Below are positions 10,464 through 20,200 of a stretch of 64,000 bases of DNA, piece after piece; position 1 is the first letter of the stretch; each line of letters opens with the position of its first letter. The notes under the pieces were generated by a model. That model made no database searches, was not told the DNA's origin, and saw nothing but the letters and a program-made list of their open reading frames with translations. The stretch lies in the NCBI GenBank assembly GCA_963674865.2, contig CAXXYE010000009.1, forward strand, positions 1,696,001 through 1,760,000, read 5' to 3'. Made by a program: the position numbers and the translations under genes. The DNA comes from Candidatus Hydrogenedentota bacterium. GTDB taxonomy: Bacteria > Hydrogenedentota > Hydrogenedentia > Hydrogenedentales > SLHB01.

Positions 10464-11639
10464 TTAGGCCCTGTTCTTGCCTTTGGGCTTCTTCTTCGGG
10501 CGTCGTTGCTGCGGCATCATAACGCGGAGTTCGTGCAGGTCGCCGTAACAAAGGAGGACGTCGCCCGTTCGGATCACTTCGTCGCCTTTGGGATTCGGTA
10601 TGACTACCTGCTGTCGCGTGATGCTCATGACGTGGATATTCCTCTCGCTCAACGATGTCTCGCGCAGGGGCTTGTCCTCGAGTTCGGGCAGATCATGGAC
10701 GGGGAATTCGGCGATCCCGAGTCCGCCCGCGAGCCTTAATCGCTGTCTGAGATCCACATCCGGAAAGAGGACCTGCTTCTCGATGTCATCGATGATGGCC
10801 CCGGCCACGTCCGCCTTCGTCGCATACTCGACCCCTTCCAAGCCGGGAGATGAGTTGACCTCCATCACCTGAGGGCCCTCATCGGATTCGAGCATATCCA
10901 CGCCCGCGATGCGTAATCCCATGATCTGCGCCGCCCGGATAGCCGTATTCTCATACGCGGGATCGAGAGAGATGCCTTCCACCGAGCCGCCTTGGTGAAC
11001 ATTGCTGCGAAACTCGCCCGGCTGGGCCACCCGCCGCATAGCCGCCACCACGCGGTCGCCAATAACCAGGGCGCGTATGTCACGCCCCCGGCTCTCTTTC
11101 ACAAACTTCTGAATGAGCACGTTCTGCCGGGCGCTGTGAAGCGTTTGAATGATGGCCTCGGTGGTTTGCTCCGTTTCCGACAGAATGACGCCGATGCCCT
11201 GCGTGCCTTCGAGCACCTTGATGATTACGGGGCACCCGCCCACCTGGCGGATGGCGGGAAGAATCTCTGCCGTGTCCCTTACGAAGACCGTCGGCGGAAT
11301 GCCGATATCATGGCGGCTGAAGATCTGCATTGCCCGTAGCTTGTCACGGGAACGGGAGATCGCGAGCGACTCATTGGCGGTGTAGATGCCCATCTGCTCG
11401 AACTGGCGAACAACCGCAACGCCGAAAAACGTAATGCTCGCGCCCACCCGAGGGATCACGGCGTCCGTACGGGACAGCCGCCGATTGTGGTAAAAAAGCC
11501 CCGGCCGCTCTTTCTCCACGACTATCGAGAAATGCAGTGTGTCCAGAACCTGCGGTTTGTGGCCTCGCAGTACGGCCGCCTCCCTGAGGCGCCGCGTGCT
11601 GTAGCTCCGCGGCGAACGGCTTAGAATGACGATTCTCAT
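10464..11639 (-). CDS. rimK: RimK-family ATP-grasp alpha-L-glutamate ligase with a C-terminal TrkA-C domain
   Basis: MRIVILSR, YSTRRL, EGTQGIGV, EFRSNVH, EVNSSPGLEG; extra ~90 aa RCK_C-like tail. Confidence 0.93.
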   Translation of the reverse strand: MRIVILSRSPRSYSTRRLREAAVLRGHKPQVLDTLHFSIVVEKERPGLFYHNRRLSRTDAVIPRVGASITFFGVAVVRQFEQMGIYTANESLAISRSRDKLRAMQIFSRHDIGIPPTVFVRDTAEILPAIRQVGGCPVIIKVLEGTQGIGVILSETEQTTEAIIQTLHSARQNVLIQKFVKESRGRDIRALVIGDRVVAAMRRVAQPGEFRSNVHQGGSVEGISLDPAYENTAIRAAQIMGLRIAGVDMLESDEGPQVMEVNSSPGLEGVEYATKADVAGAIIDDIEKQVLFPDVDLRQRLRLAGGLGIAEFPVHDLPELEDKPLRETSLSERNIHVMSITRQQVVIPNPKGDEVIRTGDVLLCYGDLHELRVMMPQQRRPKKKPKGKNRA

Positions 11640-12130
11640 GGCTCCATGCCCTTTGTGCGCTTTCGTTTGGGCTTTTTGCCCACGAGGCAGCGCCTGCTCG
11701 GATCTACGATGAAGTCTCGTTCGAGCGCTGTCCGGCCGAGTAACATGCGATGGATCATGCGCTCCCGCGAGACAAGGGATAATTCGATTTCCTTCTCCAC
11801 CGGCCCTAGGCGGATCACCGTCCGGACGAAGCACCGCACCGCGTAGTGGCCCGTACTCGAGCGGACCCGGGCCCACTTCGTTACCGGAGCTGACACTTCC
11901 ACGCGCCTGCGCTTCCGGCGCGGACCCGTGATGACGTGAAACTGCACAAAGCCGTCGGCCATAGGAGTGATATCTTCGACGTGCAACGCGCTGCTTCGGG
12001 CCCCCGTATCGGCTTTGGCGCGTACGCCCACGATGTCCCAATCGGGCAAGTCGATGTACTCCGTGAATCCGATGACCAACTTCTGGCCCGTTTTCAATGG
12101 ACGCGTAGGATTCAGTTCGGATTCGCTCAT
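11636..12130 (-). CDS. RimK-associated 'ATP-dependent zinc protease' (RimB-like)
   Basis: AKADTGARSSALH, RSSTG, MLLGR; overlaps the rimK start. Confidence 0.9.
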   Translation of the reverse strand: MSESELNPTRPLKTGQKLVIGFTEYIDLPDWDIVGVRAKADTGARSSALHVEDITPMADGFVQFHVITGPRRKRRRVEVSAPVTKWARVRSSTGHYAVRCFVRTVIRLGPVEKEIELSLVSRERMIHRMLLGRTALERDFIVDPSRRCLVGKKPKRKRTKGMEP

Positions 12131-12319
12131 TAAGCAAAGCGCTCCAGCTTGTGGCCCGGTAGACAGCGAGCGTCCGGACACGTACCGCCTCGCTCAACAC
12201 AGGCATAACTCCCGCTCGTGCGTGCCCGACGATAGCCTACATTATACATGCCGGATAGCGGGCGCTCTCGAAGTAGGTAGGAAGGCATGAGAGAGTCTTG
12301 ACGCGCTTGGCGGCGACGC

Positions 12320-13369
12320 CTACGGATTCACCGCCTGGACGGCCGGCCGCGGTGTTGATTTGGCCAACAGCTGCGTTGCCGCCGCGACCACCTGATCCGG
12401 ATGGATGCGTGTCATGCAGCGGTGATCCTCAGGGCAGACGGATTTGTGACATCCCGCGCATTCGACGTCCGCGCGCAAGACGCGCCCGACTTCGTAAGGA
12501 CTGTCCGTGTAGCAGGGCAAGGTAGGTCCCATGAGGCAAAGGGTCGGCACCTTGAAGGCCACGGCCACGTGGCGCGGGCCGGAATCATTGCAGATCAAGA
12601 GGTCCAGTTGCGCGATGGTGGCCTTGAGCGTTTCCACTGTCGGGTGCCCCTCATCACACTGGATCGGCGACGTTTTCGCCTTCGCTGCGATGGTGTCGCG
12701 GAGGTTCTCTTCGCCCGGCCCGGTGAGCACTACGCATCGTGCGCCTGTGCGTTCCGCGAGGGCGTTGGCGACGGCCGCGTATGATTCGGCGGGCCATCGC
12801 TTGCTGGGGCCGAACGCGGCGCCCGGAGCCAATCCCACCAGCGGGCCTTTGCCCCGCAAATGGCGCTTAACCTGTTCAACGACGCCCGGCTGAGCGCGGA
12901 GTTCCAGGCCCGCGCCATCATCGGTGCACCCCAGATGACTGACGAGGTCAAGATACTCCCGCGCCATATAAACGGCCTGGATGCGGCCGTTCTCCCGGTG
13001 GGGCGGAATGGCGTGTGTCAGAAGGAAGGCCCGCCCGCCGCGATCATACGCAAGCCGTCGGCGCGCCCCCGCCAAGCGCGCGATGAGCGCCGCTCTAAAC
13101 GAGTGAGGGAACACTACGGCGATGTCCGCCGCATAGCGCCGCAAGCGCTGGCCGAGCAGCAGCACCCGGCGGACCCCCGGCCTGTCAAGAATGGGTATAG
13201 CTGCATGGAGCCATGGAAGGCCATTGAGAAGATCGCACGCGGCGGGCCTGCCGACCACCACGAGCTTAGCGCCCGGATAGGTTTGATGGAGTGCCCGCAG
13301 GGCCGGCGTGCACATAGCGACATCCCCCAGCCAGTTCGGCACGAACGCAAGAATCGTCCCAACCCGCAA
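12320..13369 (-). CDS. waaF: lipopolysaccharide heptosyltransferase II (GT9)
   Basis: PNWLGDVAM, PGAAFGPSKRWP, NDSGPRH; start approximate (TTG after GGAGGAG). Confidence 0.88.
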   Translation of the reverse strand: MRVGTILAFVPNWLGDVAMCTPALRALHQTYPGAKLVVVGRPAACDLLNGLPWLHAAIPILDRPGVRRVLLLGQRLRRYAADIAVVFPHSFRAALIARLAGARRRLAYDRGGRAFLLTHAIPPHRENGRIQAVYMAREYLDLVSHLGCTDDGAGLELRAQPGVVEQVKRHLRGKGPLVGLAPGAAFGPSKRWPAESYAAVANALAERTGARCVVLTGPGEENLRDTIAAKAKTSPIQCDEGHPTVETLKATIAQLDLLICNDSGPRHVAVAFKVPTLCLMGPTLPCYTDSPYEVGRVLRADVECAGCHKSVCPEDHRCMTRIHPDQVVAAATQLLAKSTPRPAVQAVNP

Positions 13370-13560
13370 GGCCCAAACTCCTCCCGCTGCAAGGGCGGAA
13401 ATCGCTGCGTTGTATCTGGCCGCACCGCACGCGCCCACCGCCCGCATTCGTGACCGCTCGTGGCCTTCCGCGAGACACGTATGCGCCGCCGGGCCTGTGC
13501 CCTCAAACGACGGCGCACCACTTCAGAATGAGAAAGCCTGGCAATCGGCCTTTGGCCGTA

Positions 13561-13920
13561 TTACCCGCGGCGGTTCTTGTCTACTTTCTGTCCAAGCTGT
13601 TCGACGAACTCCGGATCGCCCAGTGTTTGTCCGAAAAGCTGGTGGCGTTCCGAGAAATGGCGCTTGGCGATCTCGAAGAAATCTATGATCGCCCGCACCA
13701 AGACGAAGAAGAAGAAAACAAAATGGATAATCAGGAAGAATCCAAACCGCTTCGGATCATTGCGAACATAACCGAACTGCGAACCGAGCAACACAAAGAC
13801 CAGGATCGCAGCAAGCAGGTAAAAACTCATAGGCCGTCGGGCATTTGCTTCGGCCCAGGCCCTCCTCAGGCGCTCGCCCAACGACGGCGGCCCCTCGGGA
13901 TTGGATGTTCGCCCTTCCAT
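13561..13920 (-). CDS. hypothetical membrane protein (2 TM)
   Basis: ATG after an AGAGGAG RBS; two hydrophobic helices. Confidence 0.7.
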   Translation of the reverse strand: MEGRTSNPEGPPSLGERLRRAWAEANARRPMSFYLLAAILVFVLLGSQFGYVRNDPKRFGFFLIIHFVFFFFVLVRAIIDFFEIAKRHFSERHQLFGQTLGDPEFVEQLGQKVDKNRRG

Positions 13921-14118
13921 AGATCTCCTCTTCGAGTTGATTATACCATTCGGGGCCGCCAAGTTCCCCTGGAGTCCCTCTCCCGGACGGCCCCACGGGC
14001 AGGCCGGGCGCGACCGCCTATGGCAGGCAAAGACACCAGCTCGCCTGCGCCGAGAGGCTCTCACCGCCTGGCCGGCCTTCGGGTGGAGTCCGGGTCAGGT
14101 CCCTACGGCGTATGTGCT

Positions 14119-14231
14119 GAGGGGCGGCGGCCGGAAAGCGACCGAATAATGGGCCGAGAGCTTTGAGCATTGAGACAAAAGGACTTACAAATGCCTCCCC
14201 AAGGAGCCGCACTTTCAGGCCGGACTCCTCG
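14119..14231 (+). mobile_element. 123-bp MITE family, copy A (about 14 bp internally deleted)
   Basis: Aligns by eye with 40749-40875 and the reverse complement of 37417-37543 (ggccggaaag...gacttacaa...ctttcaggcc). Confidence 0.8.
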
Positions 14232-14292
14232 GCCCATTCGGTCGAGGTTTTGGCGAATTATCGCCCTCTGCACATTTTTCGCAAAACATGGA

Positions 14293-14308
14293 CTACAACA
14301 TATTGAGC
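14293..14308. promoter_or_regulatory. NrdR-box-like palindrome
   Basis: CTACAACATATTGAGC keeps the conserved core of acaCwAtATaTwGtgt. Confidence 0.45.
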
Positions 14309-14451
14309 GCCTCGAGCCCTCTTGCCGGCGCCATGGGCCTCCTGGGGCCAAAGCAGCCAACGACTATAGGTGGTGTTGCCGTCGAATCATAGCCCATCTT
14401 CTGGGAAATCCGCCGCCCGGAAAAAATCATATTTCGCAGCCTAAAAAGGAC

Positions 14452-14480
14452 TTGACAACCACCATATGTTGTGTTAGTAT
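14452..14480 (+). promoter_or_regulatory. sigma70 promoter with an NrdR-box-like operator in the spacer
   Basis: TTGACA-17 nt-TAGTAT; spacer contains CCACCATATGTTGTGT (14459-14474), 13/16 match to the NrdR consensus. Confidence 0.75.
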
Positions 14481-14487
14481 CGCTTTG

Positions 14488-14670
14488 GTGTCTGAAACAG
14501 TTGTTAAGTGCGGACCAGGTCAGCGACGTAAGTCGCACCGCAGCCCAGGCCTAAATGGTCCGCCACAGTTGAGTGACTGAGATCAATGACCGCAGCCCAT
14601 GGTCTTAGTCGAAAAAGCTCTAACCGTGACCCTCTTGCGCCAAGAAACACGGAACGACGTTTTCAGACAC
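14488..14670 (+). ncRNA. predicted structured non-coding RNA of unknown family (~183 nt)
   Basis: 5'/3' closing helix, three internal arms, two ACCGCAGCCCA loop motifs; bounded by a promoter and a terminator; no credible ORF. Confidence 0.7.
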
Positions 14671-14680
14671 TCCCCGCACA

Positions 14681-14721
14681 AAGCGGCGGGTTCCCCAAAA
14701 CCCGCCGCTTCCCCCCTTTTT
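14681..14721 (+). terminator. Rho-independent terminator of the predicted ncRNA
   Basis: AAGCGGCGGGTT...AACCCGCCGCTT hairpin followed by CCCCCCTTTTT. Confidence 0.7.
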
Positions 14722-14799
14722 AGGGCACTTGTTTGTGTCTAGAACGCCCCTCAGTCTTCCCGTGTTCCCGCGCCGTAGTCCCCCTTTGTCCCTATTGCC

Positions 14800-14941
14800 T
14801 CTATTGCTCCGGACTGATCCTTCGCCTTGCGTTGCTCCCCACCCCGCCTCACGGCGACGCAGTTAGGCTCGACTACGAGCTCGTGACGTTCATCCTGGAG
14901 ACGGCTTCCACGTCCCCGATTTGGTGCGCCGGCAAGCGCAC
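14800..14941 (-). mobile_element. 5' fragment (domain I) of a group IIC intron, no RT ORF
   Basis: Minus strand starts GTGCGCTTGCCGGCGCAC and contains AACTGCGTCGCCGTGAGGCGGGGTGGGGAGCAAC; preceded by hairpin TGCGGC...GCCGCA (14942-14963). Confidence 0.75.
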
Positions 14942-15136
14942 TGCGGCGGCGCGGCGTGCCGCAAGGGCCTAGCCGTGCCGTCCGTGCCCCGACATACGAA
15001 TTTCACGATTTCACCGCCCAAGCATATTTCGGTATTCCGTAAGCGTCCTGGACATTGTCAACATTCTATGCAATGACATCAGTAACCAGATATAAACGAC
15101 TACGTGTATAGCACGAGTGAGCACACGCACTACTAC

Positions 15137-15165
15137 TTGACATATGCCCAAGACGATGTTACACT
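15137..15165 (+). promoter_or_regulatory. putative sigma70 promoter
   Basis: TTGACA-17 nt-TACACT upstream of the CDS at 15224. Confidence 0.6.
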
Positions 15166-15223
15166 ATCTGTGTTCTATGTGGGATTTCGGGGTCGAACAC
15201 TAATTCTAACGGAGGGAACCACT

Positions 15224-15940
15224 ATGCGTACCATGTCTCTATCTTCACGTATCCCCCTAGCATCTCTACTCCTCGCGCTTCTCGCCACGTGTGTCATTGT
15301 CCCATCCAGCCACGCGGCCAACGGCGGCCTCTGGTATTGGCCGAGGTGGATCCAGTATTCGGCCGGCGGTGACCAATACCAATTCCGGCCCGTGTATTAC
15401 ACGTATGATCAACCGAGCCTAGGGGGCCCTGAATGGCCCGTCAAGACTCTGGCGGGCACGAAGGTAGCATACAAGAGCCTGAAGTGCATAAAAGAGCAGA
15501 GATATGAGAACAATCAATGGGTGAACTTTGGGACTACTACCGACTTCACGGTTCTCCAGAAAGCTGCGCTCCAGTTGAGCATCGAAAGCGTGAGTCCCAG
15601 TGACGACTTCAAGCCGGAGAATCGTGTGGCAGCTCCGTCGGCGAAATACAACTGCTTCTCGTACGCGCTGCAGAGTACGGGCTCATACAGCGGCCTTACA
15701 AACTACATACTTGAGGAGATTGACACCTTTGTGGACGACGATCTCGTTGAGGCGGGAGGTATTGGAGAAATCCTCACCTGCGCCAATGAGATCGAGGAAT
15801 ATGACCACGCTGCCGCTATTCCCTTCTTCAACTACAACTCAAAGTTCGGCTACTTGCATGGTGTGTACAATACAAGTCTCGCCACACTCGAAGGTGAGTA
15901 CGATGACGAGTGGACTTGCAACTTCAATGTTGATGACTGA
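15224..15940 (+). CDS. secreted hypothetical protein with a C-terminal YNC...H...SKxG motif
   Basis: GGAGGG RBS; signal peptide ending SHA; YNCFSYA, YDHAA, NSKFG. Confidence 0.7.
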   Translation: MRTMSLSSRIPLASLLLALLATCVIVPSSHAANGGLWYWPRWIQYSAGGDQYQFRPVYYTYDQPSLGGPEWPVKTLAGTKVAYKSLKCIKEQRYENNQWVNFGTTTDFTVLQKAALQLSIESVSPSDDFKPENRVAAPSAKYNCFSYALQSTGSYSGLTNYILEEIDTFVDDDLVEAGGIGEILTCANEIEEYDHAAAIPFFNYNSKFGYLHGVYNTSLATLEGEYDDEWTCNFNVDD

Positions 15941-16101
15941 CATGCGGACTTATCTCAGGCGCCATGGCCAGTATTGTTGAGTCACGTTAGCCTCAGCATG
16001 AGGCCCGGTGCTGGCCAGGAAGAACTCGCTTGGCGGCGACGGTAACAGCCTGTAACCCGTCGCCGCCTGGCTACTCAACCGGCTCGCAGTAAGGAGATAA
16101 C

Positions 16102-17139
16102 ATGCCACTCCAAAGTGCAACTTCACACTGGCGTAAGATTGGCCTGGTGGGCCTTGTCGGCCTGATCATAGGCCTGGGCGCGGCGCTATTCGTCCTGGAT
16201 TCCTCACCTCCGCCGCCCATTGAGGAGTCGTCCGCCCCGTCCACTCTCGCGCCCCCGGTGGATGCCGCGCCGCCTACCGTTGATACTCCCCAGGCGGCCG
16301 CCGAGACGCCGCAGACATTTCTCAACATCCTCGCCGGGATCCTGGACAAGCCGGAGGCAGGCCAATATCCCTCCGCCCCATTCTGGGAACTCGTGGAGGA
16401 CGAGCGGATGTATATCAGATTTCAGGCCTACCTGGATAGAAATCCCGAGGTGCGGGCGAGATGGCAGGCGGAATGGGATGAAGCGCAGCGGGAGTCCCTC
16501 GAGGAATCGCTACGTCACCTGCACGACGAAAACAACAAATGGATCGACCACGCCCTGATGCTCACTCCCAGCATGCAGGAGTATGACGACTATATCCAAC
16601 TCTTGGCTATCAACGCCGTCGAGCCCAGGACGCTCAAGCTCCTGGCCATCGCGGAGAACGGCTCCTCAGCCGAGAAGCAAGTCCTGTCCGACACCCTCAC
16701 CCAGTTCTGCCAAACCTACGCGGATCGGCAAGAGGGCGATATCCGCGACCCCGTGCCGATTCTTGCCGCGCAACTCGATCCCGACGGCAGGACGCTATCG
16801 ACGCTTGTTGCCGCGGCAGAACGTAAGGTTCAGACGTATGAGGAGAGTGTGCGCTGGGACAAAGCAGAGGATCGCAGACTTGGCCTTCCCTCAGGCTATA
16901 TGCCGCCGCAGGATTGTCAAGGCGTCGCCTATGCCGGCAAGACGCTTCTCGATCGCTTTCTCCGCGAGCCGGAGCTCCGGCAAGGCCTGAATCCCGCCCA
17001 ACTCGCCCTTCTCCGGCAATACGAGCACTTCACCGAGGACAACGGCCTCACCGGGCCTGAGGATTTCAACATGGATGCCGTCATGCCCCTCATCGACTAC
17101 GCCCGCCGCCTACAAGAACTCGCCGACCCCGCCTCTTGA
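16102..17139 (+). CDS. membrane-anchored hypothetical protein
   Basis: AAGGAG RBS; N-terminal TM helix, Pro-rich linker, helical body. Confidence 0.75.
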   Translation: MPLQSATSHWRKIGLVGLVGLIIGLGAALFVLDSSPPPPIEESSAPSTLAPPVDAAPPTVDTPQAAAETPQTFLNILAGILDKPEAGQYPSAPFWELVEDERMYIRFQAYLDRNPEVRARWQAEWDEAQRESLEESLRHLHDENNKWIDHALMLTPSMQEYDDYIQLLAINAVEPRTLKLLAIAENGSSAEKQVLSDTLTQFCQTYADRQEGDIRDPVPILAAQLDPDGRTLSTLVAAAERKVQTYEESVRWDKAEDRRLGLPSGYMPPQDCQGVAYAGKTLLDRFLREPELRQGLNPAQLALLRQYEHFTEDNGLTGPEDFNMDAVMPLIDYARRLQELADPAS

Positions 17140-17208
17140 GGAGGAGCCACGGCGATGAGCGCAGGGGATAAAACACTGCCCCCTCTATCCTCCCTTTGTC
17201 CGCCAGGA

Positions 17209-20200
17209 TTACGCGACGGCCCCAGTGTCGCCGCCGGCGCATTCCGCTGAGGCAGGACACTCCTCGCAACGCGAGCCGCTCCCGGTTTCCTCGAGGCGCT
17301 GCTGGTAGCGCTCCAACGCGTAGGCGATAGTTTCCACCCGAACCTGGATCGAGCCCGCCGGACGATTCTCGTCGATATCCCTGAAATGGAAGAATGGCGC
17401 GCCCGCGCTCTCGACAATTTCCTCGACAGTGGCGTACAGCGGTGCATCATGGCCGCACTTGAAACTGGATAATTCGAGCGCCGCCAGGTTCGGATGGCGC
17501 GCGACGAACTTTGCGGCCCACAGCTTCCGGGAACTGTTCTCGCAATAGCTGTTCTTCCACACATCGTCAACGCTCAAGGCGTCGTCGAGGAGGCCCGCCG
17601 CGACTTCAGGGCCGAAGAGGCGCTCGAGCGTTTCGGCATCGGTGGGCAGGCTATTCTGCGTGAGGATGGGATAACCGAGCTTCTGAATGGCCTCACAAAT
17701 GCCGTGATTGACGCCGGCGTCGAGATGGTACGGACGCCCGAGCAGAACGATGGCCACCCGGCGCTCTGACTCGACCCGCCGGAGTATGACGCTTGCCTCA
17801 CGTTGACGGGCGGCCGTGAAGGCACGCAGCGCGCCGAGGCCCGCGTCGACGGCGTGAGATGTCTCGTCCTCGGCTAGACGGAGGTCATCACGCCAATCGG
17901 CCAGCAACTGCTGCGCGCAGAGGGCCGGCCGATCCAGGCTGAGAAACGTCTTCTTGAACACAATGCCTTTCTCGGCAAGAAGGTCGCCTTCTCGCCGGAA
18001 CGCGGCGCGGACGGCTTCCGGCGCGGCCGTGCTCGCCGGGCAAGCCCTTCCGGCGAGGGTGTTGGACATTCGCCGCGGTAGGCTTTCGACCATAGGGAAA
18101 AAGATGTGCGTCAACGGCGTGCCGGGCGCGTGTCTGTGATAGACGAGATTATGAACATGCGGAATCGCGAGCTTGCAAGGATAGCATGGATCGATGCTCC
18201 CCCATTTTGCCCCTTCCTTGAAAAGCTCTTCGCTCGTAGGCTCGGACCACACGATGTCGTCCGCGGGGACGCCAAGGCTCTGGAAGAATCCCATGAAAAA
18301 GGGAGCGAGGGAGTACATGTTCAGCGCACGCGGCATGCCGATGCGGAGCGATGTGCGCCGCCGCATCGCCTCGTCGTAGCGCGCTCGTGAACGGCCCGCG
18401 TGAAAGAATTGGCGCCGTCCCTTCAACTGGGACGACGGCATGGGAACGTCAACCGGCTTGAACGCCTCCCGCATGCTAGTCTCGGCCAGGCTGGGATTGG
18501 CCGCCTTGACGGCGTCCAGCTTGCGCGTGACTTCGCGTGCGGCGTCCGCATTCTGCGCGGCGCCACGCTCGCACGGGGCGACGATGAACCGCCGCGTCGC
18601 GCCCAAAACCTCCACGTCCACAAACGTGCGCAGGCACCGATTCCGGCAGAGGCGGCATCGCGTGTCCTCGTCGCGGGTGGTGTGGTAGCTCATATTCTCG
18701 ACGGCGTCGAAGCCGATAAATGAGGTGGCCGCATTCTCCCCTGCGAACCGGCGGCGGACTTCCATGGCGCAGCCGATGGCCCCGGCCACGGCGCAGTGCC
18801 GATGGACAACGATTTCGGGGCGCTCGGAGGCGGAGTGGAAGCGGCTGTTGATGAAGTCTACCTGTGCCTTAACGGCCGCCATGTTGCGCTGCGTGCCGCC
18901 CTGAAGAATGAAGGTTCTTCCGAGCCGCGCCAGATTAGGCATCTTGCACACGTAAAGCCAGATGTTCTTAGGCAGGACGGCGGCGAGCCCGGCCAAGATC
19001 TCGTGTGGGCGCCAGCCTTGCCGCTGGAAGTTCACCACATCCGATTGCATGAAAACCGCGCAGCCATAGCTGAACTCAGGCATCGCGCGCGCGCTGAAGG
19101 CGGCGTGGGCGTAGTCCTCGACGGCATAGCCGAGGGCCGAGGCCGTGGACTGCAGGTAGTACCCATTCCCCGCCGAGCACTGCGTGTTGAGTTTGAAATC
19201 TTTCACCGTGCCATCGTTGAGGATGATCACCTTGATGTCTTGCCCGCCAACATCGCAGATGACATCGGCCTCGGGATAATCGTGCAGCCCGCTCTGGGCA
19301 TGGGCGACGGTTTCGACAAGCGCGAGATCCGCGCCAATAGCATCCTTTAGCATGTCTTTCGCGTAGCCTGTCACGGCGGCGCCCCGCACGCATACCTGGG
19401 CGCCTTGGCATTCCACCTGCTGAACAAGCGAGCCCAAGACCTCCCGTGTGTCATTGATCGGATTGCCGTTGGACAGCCGGTACGCTTTGGCCAACACGTT
19501 CTCGTCCGCGTCGATGAGCACGGCCTTCGTACTCGTCGAGCCGGCGTCGACGCCAACGAATGCCTCGACCCGCTGCCCGGCGCGCAAGGCCGGAGGGCCC
19601 CATGCGGCTGGAGCATAACGGGCCTCAAATTCCGCCGCCTCGGCGTCGCTGGCCACAAGTCCGGGCAGGGCGCCCGTGTCGCGCCTTGCCTTCCGTAGGG
19701 CGTCGAGCCGGTGGCGTAGCGGATGGGCTCCGATGAACAGGGCCTGAGAGGAGTAGTTGTCGGCTTCGCGCTTGCCGTACTCCACCGCGCCGAGGGCCGC
19801 GAAGAAATGGGCGTGTCGCGGCACGCGTATGAGTTCGTCAACCGACGCATCCGCGGGAATAGAAACGCCCCGCTCGGCCCAGATTCTTGGGATGTGCTCC
19901 CGCCAGCACTCGCGAAGGCCGCGGATAAAATGGTTTGGCCCTCCGAGGAGAAGTACCACCGGGCGGAGCGTGTGCCCGCGCGTCAAGACGCTCAGATTTT
20001 GCTGCACGATGGACTCGAACAGCGAGGCCATGAGTTCATCGGCCGGGACGCCCTGCTTCTGCAGGCTGTTGACATCCGTCTCCGCGAAGACGCCGCACTT
20101 GCCCGCTACGGGATGGCGTTTGACGCCGGTGTACCGCATGAGAGGCAGGCGATGCTGCGGCACGCCCAGCTTGGCCGCGATGCGATCAATGACGGAGCCC

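Noticed and set aside
11640..12206. N-terminal extension of RimK in the ORF track
   Set aside because: Overlaps the protease gene in another frame; canonical MRIVILSR start at 11639
13450..14580. ORFs 13450-14166 and 14170-14580 on the plus strand
   Set aside because: Antisense to a real gene or running across MITE, promoter and RNA sequence; no RBS or motif support
14488..14670. 6S RNA, retron msr-msd or IS110 bridge RNA identity
   Set aside because: Length fits 6S but the fold is multi-branched rather than rod-like; no reverse transcriptase or IS110 recombinase is adjacent; not formally excluded without cmscan
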